A stretch of DNA of 64,000 nucleotides from Tetramitus jugosus (Eukaryota > Protista > Heterolobosea). Location: positions 186,001 through 250,000 of the forward strand of contig OW569369.1 of assembly GCA_937625935.1 (NCBI GenBank), given 5' to 3'. Position numbers and translations under genes: made by a program. The notes under the pieces are model-generated. The model did not search any database. It saw nothing but the letters and a program-made list of their open reading frames with translations, and was not told the DNA's origin. This document shows, in pieces, positions 12,372 to 22,618 of this stretch (within the stretch, counting starts at the first letter, position 1; each line of letters opens with the position of its first letter).

Positions 12372-14120
12372 TTAGAGAGCCTGCACCAATTTCTTGTTCG
12401 TAAGAATGGCATCTGTGCCACTCTTCAGGGCAGTGGACAGAGCAACCTTTGGTTGTTCAAGACCAGCTTGCTGTACAAATGAAACAATAGAGTCAACAAC
12501 TTCTTCCTTGTTTGTCTTTTCAGAGTTGACCAACAACAATGAAGAAAATAGAGAACTCAAATACTTTTCATCTGCAGACTTGACATCCTTAGCAACAGCA
12601 ATGCTCTTCTCGACATCGCCTTGTGCAACACCTTCCGAAAGTGGAGACACTTGGAATGAAATCAACTCAGCGTTATTCTTCAAATAGGATTGCAAAACTT
12701 CACGTCTCTGAGATGATGATCCCTCAGCAATCACAACAGAGTCCAACTTGGTTTGGAGAGAGTCCTCAATTATCCGATCACCAATCAAGATTCCGTTTGG
12801 TGACTTGTTAAATTCGTCAATAATTGACCTCCGGAGAGATGGAGCTTGCTTGTGATGCACATAGTAGGCATACACTCCATTATTGGCAAGGGCGCTAGCC
12901 AAAAACTCGACAGTGGCAACAGTTTTTGCGAAAACTGCAACCTTCTTTGATCTGTTCTCTTCCAAATAAGTCTTCAATTTTCCAACATATTCCTTTGCAT
13001 CGTTGCACTTGACAAATCCCTGTTGTAGTCGATCGACCGATGATTACACATTCAACAAATGAGAGAATAAAAACAAGTTAGTACTGTGATTTGGCGCAAC
13101 CAAAATAGAGCTCGTCAATCGTGCGTGAACAACAGAACAAACGCACTACACATAGATACCACACGAGCTCCACCACAAACACATAAAATCGTTTGAAGGG
13201 ACATCATACATTGTTGACTTTCAATGATCCAAGTTCTCTCTCATTGTTCGAAATGGTCATTTCAGGTGTGGATTCAGGGAAAATGATTGCATCCAATTCG
13301 CTCAACTCCTTTTCTTCACTTCCACTACCAACACTCATCGAAATGGTTTTTCTGTTTTTTGGGAGTTGTTCAAAGAGAGCCTTCAAATCTGCTGCACTTC
13401 GCTTGCTGATGACATCGGCATTGTCCACAACAACCAACTTCAAATTATCAAAATAGTTAGAGTTCTTCATATGAGCCTTCACTCTACCAATTGTTGCCAC
13501 AATAATTTCTGGTTGAGCAAAATCCAAATGATTAATTTCGTTTTCCATGGATTGTCCTCCAGTGATGGCAGCAGATGTCAATTGTTTGTATGGAGCGGTC
13601 AATTTCTTCACTTGTTCCAAAATGAGATGAGCACGCTCTCTCGTGTTCGTCAAAATCAAAAATCTGAACCCAGGCAATTTATCCTGTTCTTCACGAATGG
13701 ATTGCAACACGAGCTCTACTCCAGGAATCAAATAAGAAAGAACTCTACCATTGTTGGTGAGTGTAGTCGCTGCAATGTGATTCTTCTCGTTCAATCCTTC
13801 AATCATGTCCTAAAAGAATATAAACAAGACCAGGATGATTTTGCACAAAGTTTTTAAAAAAAAAGCATGTTGATTAGTCAAATTTGAAACAAGTGCAAAC
13901 AGAAGAACAAGTGCAAAGGTGGATATGAACTCACCCTTTGGAATTTTGTGAGCTTTTCAATATTGAACTCAGTTTTTAGTGTGTCCTTGGTGAGTGAGCT
14001 CACAGAGAGAGTGGAAGCTTGGCGGAAGCATGATGAGATCAATGCGGTTTGGCGCAAAGTGATTTGTCTGTGATGTGGGGCCAAGTGCTTGGCAGCAGAA
14101 ACAATGTGACGGAATTGCAT
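12372..14120 (-). CDS. Mitochondrion-targeted DEAD-box-like protein with degenerate catalytic motifs (pseudo-helicase); exons 14120-13935, 13809-13210, 13019-12372
   Basis: Presequence; Q-motif remnant FNIEKLTKFQ; motif Ia LILTNTRERA; GG; Ib IIVATIGR; motif II is DNAD; motif IV VAVFAKT. Introns at 13934-13810 and 13209-13020 (second acceptor less certain). Confidence 0.75.
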
Positions 14121-14270
14121 GATTGAAGAAGCTTCGCTTTTTGGAGGGAACAAGAAATGCGAAAAATCGTGTGGAAAGCTTTTGCTGCGGTTTTTTTCTG
14201 TGTGGAAAGTTGACCGATTTTTTATTGAAAGTTCAAGTTGTGTTACAAAGAAATCCCGCGCCGCTTCTTC

Positions 14271-15660
14271 TCAATTTTGAAAAATGTATGTGCGCTTAAG
14301 GTCGACTTCACTAATCCAAGGGTGATCTGATTTCATTCCCAACTTGGGCAGGGCCTCCTTCGGTCGATAGTTTTGATAAAACTTTTCTGCATCTGTAATT
14401 CCATCTGGAGCATTCAATGCTGTCTCTCCCGTGGGTGCAGAGAAGAAGTTGGACAACATCCACTTTCTCTTGGCATGCGGTTTTTCTTGATCCATCAATG
14501 TGACTTGATGATCTTTGAATATCTCACTTGACGTTGTTTTATTTGTCGTTCGAATTGGACCCTTGTCGTTGTGCACAGAGTGGGGTTTATGACCCATGTA
14601 TCCAGGTAAGTTTTGCTCTCTGGGAAAGAATTGTAGAGTAAGTAAGTGATAATGACATAAACTTCATTCTTGGAGTAGTACATACATTGTGTATCTTAAA
14701 CAGTCCTTTGAATGTGCGCGGGTAGTATCGTACTTTTCATCAAACATTGTTCCTCGATTTCTTGGATGTGTGGGTATATGGCCCATGTACATCAAGCTGT
14801 AGTTCGTATTCTTGCTTGTTCCTCGACTGATAGGAAGGTTGTTGTTAGAAGAATGTGTATGTTTCAATACAACAGAAAATCAATTGTATGTACCTTAAGT
14901 CACTTGTAGTTGAGAATTGGCTTAGTTTCTCACCGATCGTACCTTGATTCACCGGTACTCTATTTCCAGGCAACTCTCCCCTCTTTCCGAAATCTCTTTT
15001 GTAAGTTGTATTGTCAATGAATCCTTCTCTTATATTTACACGACCATCTGATCTTTGATCCCTTACACTACCTACAGCAGATGCTACCACGATATCCTTG
15101 TGAGATTGACTTTGTCGTTTTACATCCTCGTGAGTAGTTTTTCGTGCTGCATTTGGTTTAAAGTCTTCTATCAAGTGCCATTTCCTCCGGTTAAAGTCAG
15201 TTAGTGTCCCAGATGTGGATGGTCTGTTCGTATGTAAACCCTCGTCTCGCGAGAAGTTAGCAAAGTAAGTTGATCGCATAGATTGAGCTGTAGACGGTGC
15301 ATTTCTTCTCGGTACACTCTCACGAACATAATTGTTCTGATGGGGCAAAAGTTTGGTCGAAGCCTTCATCTCAAAATTCTGGTTTAGTTGATTCATTGTC
15401 GGTGGACGAAACACTGAGGTGTAGGTGGTATCTTCTAGTCCCTTTGTAATTGTAACATTTCGTTTTGGGTCGAAGGAAGATTTTTCTGTCTGCACACTAC
15501 TCCCCGGATTCCTCAATGCTTCGTTTCTCCTAGTAAATAATGGCCAATCGCTTCTGTCACTTCGTTCAGAACATCCAATTTTAATAGGAATGATTCTATC
15601 TTCTGTATTTCCTTGATATCCATGATAGGAGTGGGGATTGATAACACTGTGATACATCAT
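14271..15660 (-). CDS. Probable ciliary microtubule inner protein (SAXO/Mn-like and PYG-like repeats); exons 15660-14894, 14826-14686, 14619-14271
   Basis: Repeated TTYxxxF/STYxxNF motifs plus YMGHIP and PGYMGHKP. Two GT-AG introns (14893-14827, 14685-14620) join three ORFs in frame. Confidence 0.55.
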
Positions 15661-15780
15661 TATGAATGGGATAGTTTCGAAACGACCACTGTCCTGGTGT
15701 TGTTTTTGGTTGTAGTTGCCGCGAAATTCTTTGAACCGTTAACGGTAATTTAAGCTCACAAACACTCTGAGACAACAAGA

Positions 15781-16146
15781 ATGAACCACATATTATCCAA
15801 CACAAAGAAGCCGCATAATATTGAGAGGAGATTAAAAGATGATCGAAGAATTCATGAATTTGAAACCTACGTCCGAGGGTAAGTGAGATTTCTTGTCCAG
15901 ATGAAATCAGTTCTGGTGTGTGCTAACAAACCATGGAAAAGAGTTCGACGAGTACATGTGGATGTACTGAGAGCAAACAATAAGGATAGGAAGAGAGGAC
16001 AGGAACAGTATCGAGGTCAAGAGCCTAGAGATCCAAGTATGTTGCTCGACAGACGAGAAAAACTCAGGAAGAAACTCGCAGAAGAAATGAGAGTGTTTAA
16101 GTTGGAATTGTCAATGAAGGGATTGAGCTTTGAAGCACAACTTTAA
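15781..16146 (+). CDS. CFAP141: CFAP141/FAP141-like small ciliary protein (~100 aa); exons 15781-15878 and 15942-16146
   Basis: GTAAGT..GCTAAC..AAG intron at 15879-15941. The C-terminus RREKLRKKLAEEMRVFKLELSMKGLSF fits the CFAP141 pattern RR..L..LL..E...Y..EL...G.AF. Confidence 0.6.
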
Positions 16147-16288
16147 TACCCTCTCATCTCTGAGGATACAAAGGACCACGTGAACAATGGTGTACTCTCT
16201 TTTTGAAAACGGATATATCCATATGGATGGTTTATTACAGGAAGAAAACTCTATTTTTGCCGGGTGTGTGAAGGAGGAGATGTTCAAC

Positions 16289-18808
16289 TTACTTTTCAGC
16301 CGCCTTCTTTTTCTTTGTCTTTTGTCGAGCTTCGACCACCAGAGATTGTTGATACATGTCCTCCTCGCTCAAATAAGTGACAGACTTTAGCAATTCTTGA
16401 AGTTCAGGGAATGGGTTCAATGCATAGCGCGTATTCTGATAGGTTTGCATATCTCTGATGACTTCTGCAAATCTTCTACAACGAACAAAGTTGATCTTGT
16501 TGTTGAGATACTTTGGATTTCCTTCTTCGATAAATGTTAGATCAGTCAAGTACAATCCAATGTATGGAATGCATGGAGGCTTCACATTCTTCAACGCATT
16601 TCTGATGAATCTGAAATTAAAGTCTCTCGATATATACTTGTTCAAATCCTCGTACATTTGTCTGTGTGGTTCGGAAATGGCGGCCCACGTGTTCCTTAGA
16701 CGATAAATGGACGCGAGATTCAAGCCAGACACCACAGAAAAAGTGGCATTAAAGTTGTTCAACTCTTTGCAATGATTGGCCAATTCAATCATCTTTTCCA
16801 TGACTTGAACACGCTTCTCGACATCTTCTCTCTGCACAATCTCCGTACCCACCCAGTTACTCAGCTTGTTGAACGATTGGATCATTTCGTTAATGTTGGG
16901 CGCTTTCGTCACACGGAACTCCTTGTTCCAACTCTGATTCAAGCACTCCTTGGGTTCAATCTTTGCAAACACATCAAAGTCAATCAGTGTCAATTGCCTA
17001 GCGACTTCCATCAATGGATAATCAAGGATTCCAAACGCCTTCTTCTTTCCAAAGAAGCTCTTCTTTGGCTTGAGAAGGTCTGGACATTTGACTTCAGTCT
17101 TGACTCTACCGCTGTCATTGTCGCTCTGCATCTTGTCAAGCGTTCTTCGGAGCATGTTGGCCAACGCACCAGAATTACTCTGTTCCATCATGTCAATCAC
17201 TTCTGTGATTCTCTTGAGCATCTCTGCATCGGAAAAGTCAAAGACAAAGAAACTTTCCATCCAGTACTTCAATGTGGAAGTGACACGGAGTCTCACCTTG
17301 TCCAAATTGTTCTTCTTGAACAGGGCAAAGTCCTCGAATGAGATGTCAGGTCTAGGTGGTGGCATATTGAATCGCTCCACGAGCTTATCAATCAACGTCT
17401 TTTGATCAGTGAACACTCTGAATGTCAAGATGAATGTCTGCATGAAGAAAATGTCGTACTCCTTGTTGTGAGTCAACATCTCGACAAGCTTGTTCAATGA
17501 CGCGCACTCAATCTGGTTCTTTCCATCTTCCATGGCCCATTCAATATTCTCCTCAGGATCCTCCTTGTACGTAATGGCTCTATAATCAGTGGAATAGAAA
17601 GGAGCAGGATCAAGTGGTTCCAAACCAGCACTGCTTGATGCGTTGGATCTGGAAGCACTTGGAGAGACAGGTGTAGTTGCCTCATCTGTCAAAGATGAAT
17701 CAAGAGAGTGTGAACTGGTGTGAGGAGAGAGAACAGGTTGATTCTTTCCTTGCTTGACTGCTGACAATTCCATGTCGCTTCCTTTGCTGCTGCCAGTGTC
17801 TCTTGGGGAGGCTCTCACAACTGGACCGTCGACACCTTCGTCATCAGACTCTGGTTCACCAGTCTCATAACTCTTGTTCACCATGGCCAAATACTTGCTT
17901 CTTGCACTCTTTCTAACAGAGTGATTGTAGCCTCTTTCTCTCATTTGGAAATCGACCAATGGTTGCCAGAATTTGTCAGCAGCAGCCACAGAGTACCATT
18001 GCTTGGAAACGGCACAAACGTTGCACAAGTCTTGAAGTTCTCCTTCTTCGACATTGGCTGCAAATTCAACCACTCTTCGTATCCACTTCTTGGCATCACT
18101 AGGCCTCTCTTGTGGCAAATGAATGACTCTATTATTGTTGTCACTCTGTTCACTGTTGAGTGCATCGTCTTGTTCGGATGCTGCATCAGTGTTCACTTCA
18201 TCCATCTTGACATCATCACCCTCTCCATTGTTATTGTTCTTGTTGTTGTTGGTGGTGTCCGATGAGGAAGCATCCTTCTTGTCGTCCTCAGTGGTCAGAG
18301 AAGAGGAACTGAGAGTGGATTGAATGGCAGCAGAGTCAGCCTCAACATGAATGGCCTGTTGTTCAATAGAGTACTTTTGATGAATGTTCACAGGTTCACA
18401 CAATGTACCAATCTCGAATGGATCAACAAATGGAGTGTTGAACAGTTCAGTGAGATTGTGGTTGCTGGAGCTTTTTTTGCTATTGTTGTTGTTGCTGCTG
18501 TTATTGATGGGACTCTCAGCAAAGGAAGAGTCAGGAGATGGAGATGTGGCAGTGCTATTGTTGCTGTTGTTACTGTTGTTGCTGTTGTCAGAGTTTGCAT
18601 CACCGTCGATAGGTGTCAGTCCAGAAGTGGTCGACAACCGATTCTTGTCCTTGTTCTTTTTGAATATATTACGAACGGAGAGCTTTCTACTGGTGGATTC
18701 CTCAGTAGATGATGGAGAAGGTGGACTGTTGCTACTGTTGTTGGTGGGGCTGGTGGATAGCTCTGAAGCTGAACCACTGCTACGCTTTGTCTTAAATATG
18801 CCCTTCAT
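16289..18808 (-). CDS. RasGEF (REM + CDC25 domains) with an N-terminal F-box-like motif
   Basis: REM: ASLNKLVEMLT..FILTFRVF. CDC25: EVARQLTLID, LNNFNATFSVVSGL, PPCIPYIGLYLTDLTFIEEGNP, INF. F-box-like DLCNVCAVSKQWYSVAAADKFW. Confidence 0.9.
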   Translation of the reverse strand: MKGIFKTKRSSGSASELSTSPTNNSSNSPPSPSSTEESTSRKLSVRNIFKKNKDKNRLSTTSGLTPIDGDANSDNSNNSNNSNNSTATSPSPDSSFAESPINNSSNNNNSKKSSSNHNLTELFNTPFVDPFEIGTLCEPVNIHQKYSIEQQAIHVEADSAAIQSTLSSSSLTTEDDKKDASSSDTTNNNKNNNNGEGDDVKMDEVNTDAASEQDDALNSEQSDNNNRVIHLPQERPSDAKKWIRRVVEFAANVEEGELQDLCNVCAVSKQWYSVAAADKFWQPLVDFQMRERGYNHSVRKSARSKYLAMVNKSYETGEPESDDEGVDGPVVRASPRDTGSSKGSDMELSAVKQGKNQPVLSPHTSSHSLDSSLTDEATTPVSPSASRSNASSSAGLEPLDPAPFYSTDYRAITYKEDPEENIEWAMEDGKNQIECASLNKLVEMLTHNKEYDIFFMQTFILTFRVFTDQKTLIDKLVERFNMPPPRPDISFEDFALFKKNNLDKVRLRVTSTLKYWMESFFVFDFSDAEMLKRITEVIDMMEQSNSGALANMLRRTLDKMQSDNDSGRVKTEVKCPDLLKPKKSFFGKKKAFGILDYPLMEVARQLTLIDFDVFAKIEPKECLNQSWNKEFRVTKAPNINEMIQSFNKLSNWVGTEIVQREDVEKRVQVMEKMIELANHCKELNNFNATFSVVSGLNLASIYRLRNTWAAISEPHRQMYEDLNKYISRDFNFRFIRNALKNVKPPCIPYIGLYLTDLTFIEEGNPKYLNNKINFVRCRRFAEVIRDMQTYQNTRYALNPFPELQELLKSVTYLSEEDMYQQSLVVEARQKTKKKKAAEK

Positions 18809-19620
18809 AACTTGGATGGAACTAGTTAGTGTTTGTTTGTTGTTGTTGTTGTTGGTGTGGGAATGTGATTTTGCAAACTAGTGTTTGTTGTAAAAACTGC
18901 AAAAGCTTTTTTTGGGGAAATGTTAGCTTTCTTAGTAAGTGGTGGTTAGAGTAGGTGTAAAGTTCTCTGTTGACGTTGTTGTAGCTTCAATAATTTAGAA
19001 GATACTACAGTGAGAAAAAAAGTGGCGCGAAACTCAAAGGTATATTTTGTTTGATGTTTTGTTGTTTTGTTTGTGTCGTAGGTGTGTCCTGGGTCGTTGT
19101 ACGGTTCAAGTTCTTAACAATGACGACTCACGCTTGGGAAACACTTTAATGATTAGTAATATACACTAGTTGACGTTTTTGTTGGTTGGAGAGTTGGAGG
19201 GTTTTTTTTGTGACGACTCGGTTGTTTGTTGTGTGGATAACCAGTGTCGCACCTCAACCTAGACGGGGGGTGGTGCTGTCCATCTCAATTCAGGGTCATC
19301 AATCATTTTTCTTGCAAAGTGATGACAGATGGCAAGTCGGGATATTCGGAGTTTCGGCAGAAATATATGACAGCTGACTAACCTCAAGAAAAAAAGTTGT
19401 CTCTGAGAGTTCAGAAACACTCACAAAGCTCCGAGTGTGAAGGAAAGGTCTTAATATTGTTCGTATTACTCGTTCTTAAAGATGTGACTTTACTCAAGCA
19501 CATTTTGTGGATTTTTGTCTGAGCTTGTCTTCACATTGCATGAACCAATCAAGATGTGAAATTCCTTCTCCATTCCCCCGCCCCGCACAAAGCTCACGCC
19601 AAAAAATTCACAAAAAACAA

Positions 19621-21189
19621 ATGTTGCGCCGTCTTCCAGCTTTGCCCTCGGCAGCCACATCGGCCCAATACCGCAAAAGCTTGCGCACCGTTCGCAGCAC
19701 ACTTGATCGTTTCCACACAATCAGTCTTCTTCGAAATGCATCTCAAGATGTGAATAGTAACAGTAACAATAACACACAGCAGATTAGTGATGAAAGTGTA
19801 AAAATTGCTTCGTTTATTGACTCGTTAGAGAGCAGGGGTATCATTCAAGATAAGACACAGAATTTAGCAAAGGTTTTGGAGCAGAAAAAAGTGGGTATTT
19901 ATGCTGGATTTGATCCAACTGCCGATAGCTTACACGTTGGAAATTTGCTTGTTTTGCAATGTTTGAAGCGATTCAAGGATTTTGGTGTTCCAACGTTTGC
20001 AATCGTGGGTGGGGCAACAGGCATGATTGGTGATCCAAGTGGAAGAACTTCTGAGCGTGAGCTTCAATCGATTGATGTGATTGAGTCCAATGTTCGCGCC
20101 ATTCGCGAGCAAATCACACAATTTTTACTGCGGTCAAATGATGAGGCGACACTGGAGGAGAATCAGTCGAGGCTGGACAGGGAGGCTCATGTAGAAGTGT
20201 TGAACAATGCAGATTGGTTGTCAACCATGAACATGGTTCAAATGTTGAGAGACATTGGAAAGCATTTTCATGTCAATTCGATGTTAAAGCTCGATAGTGT
20301 TAGATCAAGGCTAGAGCAAGAACAAGGCATTAGCTTCACAGAGTTTACCTATTCTTTGCTTCAATCCTATGATTTTTATCACTTGAACAAGTATCATGGT
20401 GTGAGTATGCAGATGGGTGGATCTGATCAATGGGGCAATATTGTGTCCGGTATTGATTTCATTCGAAGAAAGAATAACGATGCCAGTTCGAATGACAGTT
20501 CTTCTCATTCTGTTGTTGAGAATATGGCCGGCGGTATCACTGTGCCATTGCTCACGACAAGCGATGGAAAAAAGTTTGGAAAATCAGCGGGAAATGCCAT
20601 TTGGTTAAGCTCCAAGAAAACCTCAGTCTTTCAGTTTTATCAATACTTTGTTCGAACACCGGATGACATGGTTGAGAAGCTGTTGAATGTGTTGACTCTG
20701 TGTCCAGTAGAGCTCATTCAATCCACAATGGAAGAGCACAGAAAGGCACCAGAGAGACTACTTGCCCAAAAGTTATTAGCAAGGACATTGACTGCTCAGA
20801 TCCATGGATCCGAGGCACTAGAGTTTGTTGAGCGGAGTACACAGCTCCTGTACATGAACGATTCTGTGAAACAACGAGAGATCCTACAGAGCCTGACACT
20901 CAAGCAACTGGAAGAAATTTTGTTGGGCGATCATGCAGTGAATAACACGACACTGAAACAGTCAGATTTCATTGGACAGAATCTGGCACAAGTGATCAAA
21001 CAGACCAACATGTATCCATCGAGCAACGAAGCAAAGAAGGCTGTCAAGAGTGGTTCATTTTATGTGAACTTTGAGCGTGTTCAAGATTGGAACTATCAAT
21101 TTTCGGACAAGGATTGTGTCGCCGAGGGACAATTGGCCATTCTGAGAAGTGGAAAGAAGAATTACTGGGTCATTAAACTCGTCGAGTAA
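19621..21189 (+). CDS. YARS2: Mitochondrial (bacterial-type) tyrosyl-tRNA synthetase
   Basis: YAGFDPTADSLHVGN, GGATGMIGDPSGR, QMGGSDQWGNI, KFGKS, C-terminal S4-like domain (RSGKK); Arg-rich presequence from ATG 19621. Confidence 0.95.
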   Translation: MLRRLPALPSAATSAQYRKSLRTVRSTLDRFHTISLLRNASQDVNSNSNNNTQQISDESVKIASFIDSLESRGIIQDKTQNLAKVLEQKKVGIYAGFDPTADSLHVGNLLVLQCLKRFKDFGVPTFAIVGGATGMIGDPSGRTSERELQSIDVIESNVRAIREQITQFLLRSNDEATLEENQSRLDREAHVEVLNNADWLSTMNMVQMLRDIGKHFHVNSMLKLDSVRSRLEQEQGISFTEFTYSLLQSYDFYHLNKYHGVSMQMGGSDQWGNIVSGIDFIRRKNNDASSNDSSSHSVVENMAGGITVPLLTTSDGKKFGKSAGNAIWLSSKKTSVFQFYQYFVRTPDDMVEKLLNVLTLCPVELIQSTMEEHRKAPERLLAQKLLARTLTAQIHGSEALEFVERSTQLLYMNDSVKQREILQSLTLKQLEEILLGDHAVNNTTLKQSDFIGQNLAQVIKQTNMYPSSNEAKKAVKSGSFYVNFERVQDWNYQFSDKDCVAEGQLAILRSGKKNYWVIKLVE

Positions 21190-21324
21190 GTCGATGATTA
21201 TAAATGACACTCAGTGAACAACAGAGATCAACAACAAAAACAATCGAAACTATAGATCCTTCTCTTTTTTCGCACATGATAGCTTTTTTAACTTATTTTT
21301 AAAAACAAATTTATGGGATCAATC

Positions 21325-21651
21325 TTACTGTTGACCTGGTTGTGGGAAAGCAACATCAGTCACAATTTTCGTAATTTCAAAATACTTGTCCACACAATTG
21401 TCAATGCATCTTTCTTCAGTGCTGTCCAATTCGTTACCATAGTTGGTGGTGCACTTGTTGTAGCAGACCTTCATCAGGCTGTACATAAATTCGGTTATCA
21501 ATCACATAATGATCAAATGATGATCAGTTTTGAAAAAAAAACATGAGTGAGCATTTACTTAGTGGTACAAAGTAAACTAAATGAGAGATGGAGAAACATA
21601 CTTGAAGTACATCTCGGAGATGGCGTTAATTTCAGTTTCGCTTCTTTGCAT
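21325..21651 (-). CDS. TIM10: Small Tim chaperone, Tim10-like (67 aa; absent from the ORF track); exons 21651-21602 and 21478-21325
   Basis: Spliced product MQRSETEINAISEMYFNLMKVCYNKCTTNYGNELDSTEERCIDNCVDKYFEI... has the twin CX3C motif. GTATGT..CAG intron at 21601-21479. Confidence 0.85.
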
Positions 21652-21806
21652 GGTGGATATGAAAGTTTGTTGTTGGTTGTTTGATGTTGTTTTTTGTTTT
21701 TTTCCTTGTGAAAACTTTTGGTTTTTCCGATTGCCGCCCAAAAGAAGTTTTCCCTCCAAAAAAATTCCAACGACCAAGAGAACCACCAAAAATCTCCAAA
21801 GAAAAC

Positions 21807-22397
21807 ATGTCGTCGTCCTCTGCAACTGTTGTTGAACCAACCAACCGTACATCACCAACCATGGATCCCATCGACCACCTCCAAAACCATTTTCAATCCC
21901 TGTCCCAAGACCTTGACTCGATTGAAAACCTTCTCTTGAGTCGATTCTCCTCCAGTCCCCAACTCATTCAACAAGGCAAGGCACCTAGTCCGATCAATCT
22001 GTTGCAACGCATCCGTGCCCTGCAGAACGATCTCATTGTCATGGATCGAGATGTAGATGATATTCTCCAAGCCAAAAAAGAAGCCATTGACATTACGAAG
22101 AATATCTTGTTGCTTTCGAATCGAAAGTTGATTGTTGAATTGACAAGGGCCATGTCAGAACATCCGTCGAACAGCAATAATAGCAATAATAATAACGGTA
22201 GTGAAAGTATGATGGATACGAAGGCGAATGAAGAGAGCTTTTATCAAGTCAGTGATCAAGTAATGCAAAAGTATTACTTGTGGAAGTATGGTGAGTCGTT
22301 TGCAGATGCGAGTGTGTCATTGAATGGTGATGATGGTGGTGATGACTGTGTGGATGATGGAGAAATGATTGATGATGAGAATGGTGGTGATTCTTGA
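21807..22397 (+). CDS. SKA2: Spindle and kinetochore-associated protein 2-like
   Basis: IDHLQNHFQSLSQDLDSIENLL...SPINLLQRIRALQ...AKKEAIDITKNILLLSNRKLI resembles the Ska2 N-terminal helices. Confidence 0.65.
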   Translation: MSSSSATVVEPTNRTSPTMDPIDHLQNHFQSLSQDLDSIENLLLSRFSSSPQLIQQGKAPSPINLLQRIRALQNDLIVMDRDVDDILQAKKEAIDITKNILLLSNRKLIVELTRAMSEHPSNSNNSNNNNGSESMMDTKANEESFYQVSDQVMQKYYLWKYGESFADASVSLNGDDGGDDCVDDGEMIDDENGGDS

Positions 22398-22618
22398 GAG
22401 CAATCGAGAGTGTTAGGTATTGACATGTTGGATTGAAAGAATAATTAAGTGCATTTATTGTGTGGAGGAGTCGGATAACGAACTCCCGAATAGTGCCTGA
22501 TGCGTGAGTCCTATCTCGAGCATGCAGAAAAAGTTGAATAGGTTCAACCTTTTGTAACTTGGTGTGAATGTTACACACTTGGATTGAGTTCTCGTTTGTT
22601 GTTATTGTCTTGTGGATG

